A stretch of 32,938 nt of DNA from a virus, in the IMG/VR virus record IMGVR_UViG_3300045988_147139; one strand, given 5' to 3'. Position 1 is the first letter of the stretch; the number at the start of each line of letters is the position of its first letter. The notes below the pieces were generated by a model. The model was not told where the DNA came from and did no database searches. It was given only the letters and a program-made list of their open reading frames with translations. The translations under genes and the position numbers were made by a program. This document shows positions 24,131 through 30,600 of the stretch, piece after piece.

Positions 24131-24385
24131 TTAGTTTTCTTTGGCGGAGTGCGAATGTACTTCGCCGCTTTTTTTGAACAGTACCTGTACCGGAACATCT
24201 GAAAAGTATTTTTCATGTATTGCAAGAGCTTCATCAAGTGTGAAGCCTGAACGCCCCGTCAGTTTTTTGCTCAGGTAGTCAGCGCTTATCCCTGCTGCTT
24301 TCGCTATGTCTTTCTTCTTTATTTGCCTGCAGGCAATTTCTACTTCCAGTGCCGGATAAGCGGGTTTAACGGTTCTGTATGGCAA
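24131..24385 (-). CDS. Cro/XRE-like HTH protein (84 aa)
   Basis: It uses a TTG start. IKKKDIAKAAGISADYLSKKLTGRSGFTLDEALAI is a typical small HTH. Confidence 0.65.
   Translation of the reverse strand: MPYRTVKPAYPALEVEIACRQIKKKDIAKAAGISADYLSKKLTGRSGFTLDEALAIHEKYFSDVPVQVLFKKSGEVHSHSAKEN
24143..24175 (+). terminator. Intrinsic terminator of the 48-aa ORF transcript
   Basis: GGCGGAGT-gcgaatgt-ACTTCGCC is followed by GCTTTTTTT. It is embedded in the 3' end of the convergent HTH gene. Confidence 0.65.
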
Positions 24386-24402
24386 CTTCTCCTCATCTCC
24401 TT

Positions 24403-24422
24403 CCTGTCCTGATTTCGGGACA
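24403..24422. promoter_or_regulatory. 20-bp palindrome between two early genes (operator or RNA hairpin)
   Basis: CTGTCCTGATTTCGGGACAG has 6-bp perfect outer arms. Confidence 0.35.
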
Positions 24423-24432
24423 GATAATAAGT

Positions 24433-24621
24433 TTACTGCTCAATGATCTCCATATGGTCATAAGCATATTTGACCATATCATAAACGGTCTGAGCCTTGG
24501 TGTTATTGGTGATCTGCATGACCTCCTCGACCATTTTTGCAGCTTCGGGGTAAGTCCTCAGCTGGGCAAACTCGATAGGCGCTTCCTTTGGCGCTCTTTT
24601 GACTTTGAATTTCTCTTCCAT
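24433..24621 (-). CDS. Hypothetical 62-aa protein
   Basis: ATG 24621 lies behind AAGGAG. The translation begins MEEKFKVKRAPKEAPIEFAQLRTYPEAAKMVEEVMQI... Confidence 0.5.
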   Translation of the reverse strand: MEEKFKVKRAPKEAPIEFAQLRTYPEAAKMVEEVMQITNNTKAQTVYDMVKYAYDHMEIIEQ

Positions 24622-24633
24622 GTTTTCAACTCC

Positions 24634-24662
24634 TTGACAACCCACCTCTTACGCTGTATAAT
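24634..24662 (+). promoter_or_regulatory. Exact consensus sigma-70 promoter for the 63-aa ORF
   Basis: TTGACA (24634-24639), 17 nt, TATAAT (24657-24662). Confidence 0.8.
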
Positions 24663-24694
24663 GATGACAATTTACAGTGAAGGGGGGGATATAA

Positions 24695-24886
24695 ATGAGT
24701 TTCTGTCCTTTTATGAGTAATGGTAAGGACATAAAAAATTGGTGTGGCTGTATAACCTCTTGTGAGCTTCGTATTAACAATAGTTGCGCATTGAAGATAT
24801 TGGCTCAAAAGGCGTTATTTGATGTCAAGCATCAAAAGTCACAGATTGAAGAGAGCAAGCAGAGCGTTGCAGATAGCAGCCGTTAA
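24695..24886 (+). CDS. 63-aa Cys-rich protein
   Basis: ATG 24695 lies 6 nt after GAAGGGGGGG. MSFCPFMSNGKDIKNWCGCITSCELRINNSCALKIL... contains five Cys in the first 31 residues. Confidence 0.55.
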   Translation: MSFCPFMSNGKDIKNWCGCITSCELRINNSCALKILAQKALFDVKHQKSQIEESKQSVADSSR

Positions 24887-25000
24887 TCTGTCAAGCCCCT
24901 CAGCGGTATGCTCCCTTTTCGCCTCCTCTGAGAGCATTTTTATATGTTCCCAGAGGAGATTTTTTGCTTCCGTGGCTGTAAAGTTAGATTTGTTCTCCAT
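24839..25000 (-). CDS. Hypothetical 53-aa protein
   Basis: ATG 25000 lies behind GGGAAGTGAG. Its 3' end overlaps the convergent 63-aa ORF by 48 nt, so one of the two may not be real. Confidence 0.4.
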   Translation of the reverse strand: MENKSNFTATEAKNLLWEHIKMLSEEAKREHTAEGLDRLTAAICNALLALFNL

Positions 25001-25052
25001 TTTCTCACTTCCCTTCATTTTTGTCTGTCCTAATTTTCGCCCAAATGCGGTG

Positions 25053-25271
25053 CTATACTGATATAGAAAGGATTTCGTTGATAGCTGAAACAACCTTACC
25101 GCTTGTTATATCCCCCACAAGAATTTTGTACAGGTTGGAACTGTCAACATAGATGCCGGGATATCGGCGTTTGATTTCAGATATTAGCCATTCCTGCCTT
25201 CGATTTTGCTCCATAAGAGCAAGCTTGACCTTTTTACCGTAATTGCATAATGGCTTTTTGTATTCTGACAA
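25053..25271 (-). CDS. Small XRE-like HTH protein (72 aa), first gene of the early transcript
   Basis: TTG 25271 lies 7 nt after GGAGG (an alternative ATG is at 25286). KVKLALMEQNRRQEWLISEIKRRYPGIYVDSSNLYKILVG resembles an HTH. Confidence 0.55.
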   Translation of the reverse strand: MSEYKKPLCNYGKKVKLALMEQNRRQEWLISEIKRRYPGIYVDSSNLYKILVGDITSGKVVSAINEILSISV

Positions 25272-25303
25272 ATTAACACCTCCCATATTGTAAAATATCA
25301 CGA

Positions 25304-25332
25304 TTGACAGTTACGGAAAAATGTAATATAAT
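25304..25332 (+). promoter_or_regulatory. Exact consensus sigma-70 promoter directed at the HTH-like ORF and integrase
   Basis: TTGACA (25304-25309), 17 nt, TATAAT (25327-25332). Confidence 0.8.
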
Positions 25333-25431
25333 ATAGTTGCAAGATATTATTTTTACGTTCTGCCGTAACTGTGATTTTATTATATTACGTTTAGGCGTAA
25401 ATGTCAATAGTAAAATTACGGATTGGCATAA
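25311..25431. promoter_or_regulatory. Four operator-like dyads TTACG-N6-CGTAA
   Basis: The four sites are 25311-25326 (TTACG-N6-TGTAA), 25353-25368 (perfect), 25385-25400 (perfect) and 25416-25431 (TTACG-N6-CATAA). The first fills the spacer of the + promoter and the third fills the spacer of the - promoter. Confidence 0.6.
25379..25407 (-). promoter_or_regulatory. Exact consensus sigma-70 promoter for the early (- strand) operon, face-to-face with 25304
   Basis: On the - strand: TTGACA (25407-25402), 17 nt, TATAAT (25384-25379). Confidence 0.8.
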
Positions 25432-25465
25432 CTTTGTCAGTGTGTATAAAAGCAGGTGCATATTT

Positions 25466-25645
25466 ATGTCTAAATTGTATGAAACTATCGAACAACTTTG
25501 CAAAAACAAAGGCGTTAATATAACGAAAATGTGTAAAGATGCTGGAACATCTCTCGGAGCGCAGGAGAATGTGGTACATTCACCATTCTTTCAATGTGAA
25601 TTATACCATATCCTCCTCCAAATGTCAAGGAGTGATAACAAATAT
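25466..25645 (+). CDS. XRE-like HTH N-terminal fragment ORF, open in frame into the integrase
   Basis: ATG 25466 lies 7 nt after AGGTG. MSKLYETIEQLCKNKGVNITKMCKDAGTSLG looks like helices 1-2 and the turn of an XRE HTH, after which the similarity is lost. There is no stop codon before the integrase ATG. Confidence 0.35.
25540..25640. other. Candidate attP region
   Basis: The dyads GAATGT-ggt-ACATTC (25567-25581) and AGAATG...CATTCT (25566-25589) and the repeated AATGTG (25568, 25593) lie where the HTH similarity ends, just upstream of int. Confidence 0.25.
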
Positions 25646-27181
25646 ATGAAAACCGCCGTAATATACGCCCGGTATTCGTCCGACAAGCAAACGGAGCAGT
25701 CCATCGAGGGACAGCTCTACGACTGCTACAACTACGCCAAGCAGCACGGCATAACAGTCGTGCGGGAATACATAGACCGAGCCATGACAGGTAAAAATGA
25801 CGACCGCCCCGCCTTCCAGCAGATGCTTCATGAAAGCGCCATGCACAAGTGGGATAGTGTTATTGTGTGGAAACTTGACCGCTTTGCACGCAACACCATA
25901 GACAGCGCCGTAAACCGCCAGATTTTAGCTAAAAACGGCGTGAAGCTGCTGTCCGTCATGGAGAGCTTCGGGGACGATGCCAGCGGTCAGATGATGACCC
26001 ATATCATTGAAGCAATAAACGAATACTACAGCGCCGATCTTCGGGAAAAGACTATCCGAGGAATGCGGCAGTCGGCAATGAAGGCTCAGACAACGGGACA
26101 TATCCCGCTGGGTTACAAGGTCGTTGACAAGAAGCTGGTCATTGATGATGAGACCCGAATTATACCCGAAACTGTGTTCCGAATGTACGCAGAGGGGGAG
26201 AGGCTCACTGACATAGCCGATCATCTGAACGCCCAGGGCTATCGCAACCGCCGAGGCAGACCGTTTACCACAAACAGTTTTTACAATATGCTGGCTAATG
26301 AAAAATACATAGGCATTTACAAATACGACGATATAGTGATCGAGGGAGGAATACCGCAGATGATACCCAATGAAGTTTTTGAGGCTGTAAGAGAAAAGCT
26401 GATAACCAACCGCAAGAGAGCCGCCAAGAACACCGCCAAAGCCGATTATTATTTGTCGGGCAAATTATACTGCGGTCACTGCGGAGAGCCTATGAGCGGG
26501 CTGTCAGGCACAGGACGCAACGGGGTCAAGCACTATTATTACCGCTGTAACGGCGTGCAGAAAAAGTCAGGCTGCCACAAGAAGCTGGAGAATAAATATC
26601 TGATAGAGGACGAGGTGTGCAGAGCAGCACGGTCAGCGTTTGAGCAGATGGACAAGGCGGAGACTGCCGAGACCATTTATCAGATGTATTTGCAGACGGT
26701 CAGAAATGAGTATGCGCCTGCCGAACTGGAAAAGGAGCTGACCGAATGCACTAAGCAGGCTGAGAACGTTGTGAACGCCATAGCTCAGACAGGCGGAAAT
26801 CAGCTTCTGTTCGATAAGGTAAGGGAGCTGGAAGAGCGCAAGGAGCAACTCGGCTCCGCCCTCCGATTGTCTCAGGCGATGACCGACAATGTCCCCTCTG
26901 TGGAGCAGATCACCGTGTTTATAGATGATATCCTTGCAACCGATATCAACACCACCGAGGGCAAGAAAGCTATCGCCGACATCATGATATCAAAGGTGTA
27001 TGTTTACGACGACAAGCTCACGGCCATTTTCAAAGATAAGGACGGCAAAAGCGTTGATATACCGCTATCAGACGTGTCAGATAGCTCCTCAGCGGATTGT
27101 GCTCCCTCTGCGCTGGGGAGCCAAAGCACACACAGGCGAACCGTTGGTAATAATCAATGGTTCGCTTTTGTTATCAGTTAA
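25646..27181 (+). CDS. int: Large serine recombinase (integrase), 511 aa
   Basis: It has an N-terminal resolvase catalytic domain (MKTAVIYARYSSDKQ), a recombinase domain, a zinc ribbon (CGHCGEPM...YYRCNG...GCH) and a C-terminal coiled-coil. Confidence 0.9.
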   Translation: MKTAVIYARYSSDKQTEQSIEGQLYDCYNYAKQHGITVVREYIDRAMTGKNDDRPAFQQMLHESAMHKWDSVIVWKLDRFARNTIDSAVNRQILAKNGVKLLSVMESFGDDASGQMMTHIIEAINEYYSADLREKTIRGMRQSAMKAQTTGHIPLGYKVVDKKLVIDDETRIIPETVFRMYAEGERLTDIADHLNAQGYRNRRGRPFTTNSFYNMLANEKYIGIYKYDDIVIEGGIPQMIPNEVFEAVREKLITNRKRAAKNTAKADYYLSGKLYCGHCGEPMSGLSGTGRNGVKHYYYRCNGVQKKSGCHKKLENKYLIEDEVCRAARSAFEQMDKAETAETIYQMYLQTVRNEYAPAELEKELTECTKQAENVVNAIAQTGGNQLLFDKVRELEERKEQLGSALRLSQAMTDNVPSVEQITVFIDDILATDINTTEGKKAIADIMISKVYVYDDKLTAIFKDKDGKSVDIPLSDVSDSSSADCAPSALGSQSTHRRTVGNNQWFAFVIS

Positions 27182-27189
27182 GAGAATAA

Positions 27190-27247
27190 AATAAAAAACC
27201 GCCGCCGATAAGAGCTCCACAGCTCTTACCGACGGCGAATTTTTTAT
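27190..27247. terminator. Bidirectional intrinsic terminator between the integrase and endolysin genes
   Basis: A 17-bp stem (two mismatches), CCGCCGCCGATAAGAGCT / AGCTCTTACCGACGGCG, is flanked by an A-run upstream and a T-run downstream. Confidence 0.7.
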
Positions 27248-27248
27248 C

Positions 27249-27953
27249 TTACATTGATTTAATAAATGCACCCGGATAATCTTTTTTCACTGTTTTAAGG
27301 TATGCCTCAGCATTCTCCCGAGACTTGAAAGCCCCGACCTGCACATAGAACATCTGATTGCTTTCGACAGCAGGCATAAACATCTGCTGAAACTTCTTCC
27401 AGCCCTCAAGCTCTGCCTCCGAATGCGTCCACATAGCAGGGCACAGCTTGCCGGTCACCTGGTGGTGCATTATAACATGGTCAGCTGAAATGCCGTATGT
27501 TTTCATCAGATGCTTGACCAGCTCAGCAGCCAATGCCAGCTCTGCATCGGTGAAATACCAGTCCGTGTCATCTGCGCTCAGAGACTTCCTGTTTTTCTTG
27601 TTGCTGCAAATTTCAATGTTGATGCAGTTGCTGTTCCTGCACTTGCCGTAATATCTGCCGCCCTCTGACGTGGACATCTTGGTGTATTTTACCCCGCCTG
27701 CGCCCCATGAATAACGGTTTGCAATGTCAGGATTATAGCAGACAACATTTTCATCATCCACGATAAAATCAGCGCTGGCAGGATTGGCGGGATTTGCTCC
27801 TGCCCTGAACCATGCTGCAAGATTGTGTGCGCTGCCCGCAGCCGATGAGGTGCCTGCCGTGTAGTGGATCACTATCCATTCGATGGATCGCCCTTTGGCA
27901 ACAGTGGTGTTGGCAGTGCCTGTATCCATTTTGATGTTAATGCTCATCGTCAT
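27249..27953 (-). CDS. Endolysin: N-acetylmuramoyl-L-alanine amidase (Amidase_2/PGRP type) with C-terminal SPOR-like domain
   Basis: WIVIHYTAG...HHQVTGKLCP are amidase motifs. FYVQVGAFKSRENAEAYLKTVKKDYPGAFI is SPOR-like. Confidence 0.85.
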   Translation of the reverse strand: MTMSINIKMDTGTANTTVAKGRSIEWIVIHYTAGTSSAAGSAHNLAAWFRAGANPANPASADFIVDDENVVCYNPDIANRYSWGAGGVKYTKMSTSEGGRYYGKCRNSNCINIEICSNKKNRKSLSADDTDWYFTDAELALAAELVKHLMKTYGISADHVIMHHQVTGKLCPAMWTHSEAELEGWKKFQQMFMPAVESNQMFYVQVGAFKSRENAEAYLKTVKKDYPGAFIKSM

Positions 27954-28386
27954 CGTCCCCCTTATTCTCAGCTGACTTCTTCACATTCTCCGCAATTTTC
28001 ATAAGAAAAGGCGGCAATGGCGTGCCTATATCACGTATATTTTCGAGAATTGAAATTATCTCGTTGGCGATGAGCCATACTGCCGCTACAGAAGCGACAA
28101 CAAAATTAAGCCCGATGGATATTCCCGCCGTGCCGACGGCATATGACAGCAGCCAGTCGAGCATAGCACCTATCGCAACCAGCAGCCACATACAAATCTT
28201 CTTAGCTATCCCACGAAACGATTTGTACGAGCTGATAGCCTCACTGCGGTATTTGGCAGCACACAGCCCAGTTATGTAGTCGATGATGTTGCAAGCAATA
28301 AGTATCAGCATGGGTACATACAGGATACCCAGCCATGATGCGAGCAGCGCTCCAACCGTGACGGAAATTTCTTTTACTCTTTTCAT
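27937..28386 (-). CDS. Holin (phage_holin_4_1 / LL-H-TcdE type)
   Basis: It has hydrophobic TM segments (GALLASWLGILYVPMLILIACNIIDYITGL..., ICMWLLVAIGAMLDWLL, NFVVASVAAVWLIANEIISIL) and a charged end KGDDDDEH. It overlaps the endolysin start. Confidence 0.8.
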   Translation of the reverse strand: MKRVKEISVTVGALLASWLGILYVPMLILIACNIIDYITGLCAAKYRSEAISSYKSFRGIAKKICMWLLVAIGAMLDWLLSYAVGTAGISIGLNFVVASVAAVWLIANEIISILENIRDIGTPLPPFLMKIAENVKKSAENKGDDDDEH

Positions 28387-28398
28387 TTTTATTCCTCC

Positions 28399-29070
28399 TT
28401 ACACCCTCAGAACGAAATTGCCATACATACTAACGTACGTATCGTCACCGATTGTGAAGATGCTGCCGCGGACGGGTTTTTCCATTCCGCCATCAGCGTG
28501 CATAACGTGGCTTTGGATTAAACCGGAAGCTGCGAATGTAAACGGCTTAATGCAGTACGATGCAGTTGTCCCCACTGCGTCAGCTCCATAGTAGGAGAGA
28601 TTGCCATTGATAATCCCGTTTCCGACAAACCAAATAAAACCTGCACTAGATGTATCAACTTCAACGCCACACTCGGTGCCATCGAATTTGGTGGCAGAAT
28701 GAATGCTGCAACACCAAGGGGTCGTGCCAAAACCCAGTCCAACCATATCTGTATCAGAGATGATATACAAATATGGGTCGCCGCTCAGTGCGACACTATG
28801 TGACTGCCAAGCAGGAGACTGATTGCCTGTCTTGGTTGACACTATGTACTGACTACTACTGCTCACCTCAATAGCAATAACCTTGTCGTTGATATTGGCA
28901 AACTTCGGCGTCAGTGTGCAGCCTGTTTCCGTATATGTGATGTCAGCAACCGTTGTCAGGAGATTTTCCACAGAATGTAACCATGCAATAATTTTGGAAG
29001 TGTAGTTAGCCTGTGTCCTGTCATCTTTCGACATACCCAGCGTAGGCTGATATTTGTAAAGCTTTCCCAT
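28399..29070 (-). CDS. Hypothetical tail-distal protein (223 aa)
   Basis: ORF between the fibre genes and the holin, coupled to the upstream gene (ATGA-type overlap). Confidence 0.4.
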   Translation of the reverse strand: MGKLYKYQPTLGMSKDDRTQANYTSKIIAWLHSVENLLTTVADITYTETGCTLTPKFANINDKVIAIEVSSSSQYIVSTKTGNQSPAWQSHSVALSGDPYLYIISDTDMVGLGFGTTPWCCSIHSATKFDGTECGVEVDTSSAGFIWFVGNGIINGNLSYYGADAVGTTASYCIKPFTFAASGLIQSHVMHADGGMEKPVRGSIFTIGDDTYVSMYGNFVLRV

Positions 29071-29486
29071 TATCCTATAACCTCCGTATCTGCAATATCA
29101 ACAGCTTCTCCCACCGCATAAATTGGCAGGACCTGTCCGTGCAACGTTATACCGCCTGTTTTCATGCCGCTTCCACCCCCTTTCTGAACAGCCTTAAAAT
29201 TTGCCGCTGCCTCGTTTTTAGCCGCCACAGCCACAGCACCCGAACCTGTGATATATACAGTGTCCAGCCCCATCATGTGCATATAGTTGAACGTCTCGCC
29301 GTCTCCAATGGTGATAACGCCATCATCGCCCTTGGCAGCACCTGATTTCAGGGATACTGTGATATCCTTGCCCGACTTGTTGCGGATATCAAATCCGTTG
29401 TATTTGGCATCAAATTTCACAGCACATTCAGTGCCGTCAAGGGTGATCTCGATGACCCTGTTGCAGCCTTTTACTTCTTTTATCAT
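29070..29486 (-). CDS. Hypothetical tail-distal protein (138 aa)
   Basis: ORF with an AGGAGG-type RBS. Position is the only evidence. Confidence 0.4.
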   Translation of the reverse strand: MIKEVKGCNRVIEITLDGTECAVKFDAKYNGFDIRNKSGKDITVSLKSGAAKGDDGVITIGDGETFNYMHMMGLDTVYITGSGAVAVAAKNEAAANFKAVQKGGGSGMKTGGITLHGQVLPIYAVGEAVDIADTEVIG

Positions 29487-29506
29487 AAATAAAATATCCT
29501 CCTCTA

Positions 29507-30331
29507 CTACGCATAAACCGCCTGAAAATATACGGGCGATACAAATCCGTTTGGTATGCCAACAGTAGCCGAATTAAATTCCTCGAAAAAGGAGTTCCAC
29601 CAACTCTCAGCACCGCCCCACAATTCGCCATTACGCCAAACTCTTCCAGGATAAAATTGAAAATACTGACCATTAGCATTTATCTGATAATTCTCAACAG
29701 TAAACCGGACGGATAGTTTTTCCGTCACCTTTATTTGATATCCGCCTCGCAAAATATTATCATATGTTACAGTCTGTCCTGTCGTTAAATTTGTCATTGT
29801 TGCGCCAAGATACTTTGAAACATAGGTATTACCGTCGGTCAAAACCTGGGGGTCACTGTAATGCACAAATAGTTTTAACTGCAATCCTGTACCGGGACAC
29901 GTAATAGCCGCCGAACCCTCATTCAGTGTGATACATTTTACGATGTCCCAATCGCTTTCGATAGCATTATCCAGCACAACCTCATTTCCATCGGGATCAG
30001 TAATGCCTGTGTCAATGCTATCGCCAATACCCAGCGCCTGCTCATACAGCTTTTTGTATTTGTCTGATACATTCACCGGGTCAAATCCGTCACAGCCATA
30101 GTCGGACGCATTATACACACCCGGTTCTGATACGGACAGCGGTTGTATCATAGCCGTTGTTTTGACATCAACCGTCACAGGCGCAAATCCCACATACCCC
30201 TCAGCCTTTTCAGCGTCGGAAACATTGTATGTGCCGTTTTCCGTGACGCTCAGCGGCTTGACCTTGCCGCCACCCGAGCTTCCGCCCCCACCTGCCAGCG
30301 ACTGTAAAATAATCCCTCCGTCTAAAATCAC
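29507..30331 (-). CDS. Putative tail fibre / receptor-binding protein (274 aa)
   Basis: A Gly-rich linker (GGGGSSGGG) is followed by two related modules, KPLSVTENGTYNVSD...GFAPVTVDV and QPLSVSEPGVYNASD...GFDPVNVSD, of a kind seen in phage fibres. It lies distal to the tape measure gene. Confidence 0.5.
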   Translation of the reverse strand: MILDGGIILQSLAGGGGSSGGGKVKPLSVTENGTYNVSDAEKAEGYVGFAPVTVDVKTTAMIQPLSVSEPGVYNASDYGCDGFDPVNVSDKYKKLYEQALGIGDSIDTGITDPDGNEVVLDNAIESDWDIVKCITLNEGSAAITCPGTGLQLKLFVHYSDPQVLTDGNTYVSKYLGATMTNLTTGQTVTYDNILRGGYQIKVTEKLSVRFTVENYQINANGQYFQFYPGRVWRNGELWGGAESWWNSFFEEFNSATVGIPNGFVSPVYFQAVYA

Positions 30332-30600
30332 CCGCTCGCCTCCTTATACACCCTCGTCCAGTGCGCATTTTTCCTTTTCCCGCCGTCAATATCATACGTC
30401 ACCGTGATAGTGTACGGCTCGTATTCAAATACCTTTGTGCCCGCCGTTTCTGTTTCATTAGATGTTACAGACAGCAGCGGATACAGACAAAAAATCTCGT
30501 CGCTGTCACGCTGACGGATAAGCTTGTCGCCCAGGTCCTCATATTCCGAGGGGTCATAATGCTCAGCCACTGTTGACTTTCGCCTCCTTTTGGCACACAA
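30328..30600 (-). CDS. Hypothetical small tail protein (start uncertain: TTG 30600 or GTG 30570)
   Basis: ORF coupled to both neighbours. Confidence 0.35.
   Translation of the reverse strand: MCAKRRRKSTVAEHYDPSEYEDLGDKLIRQRDSDEIFCLYPLLSVTSNETETAGTKVFEYEPYTITVTYDIDGGKRKNAHWTRVYKEASG

Noticed and set aside
24908-24941. Terminator for the 63-aa ORF transcript
   Set aside because: It has only a 6-bp stem with an 18-nt loop before the T-run, which is too weak to annotate.
25273-25579. - strand ORFs of 78 and 62 aa in the switch region
   Set aside because: They span the two promoters and the operators, have no RBS, and are AT-rich non-coding sequence.
29507-30331. Internal repeats in the fibre gene considered as a DGR variable/template repeat pair
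   Set aside because: There is no reverse transcriptase and no second nucleotide-level repeat copy elsewhere in the genome. The repeats are diverged protein modules.
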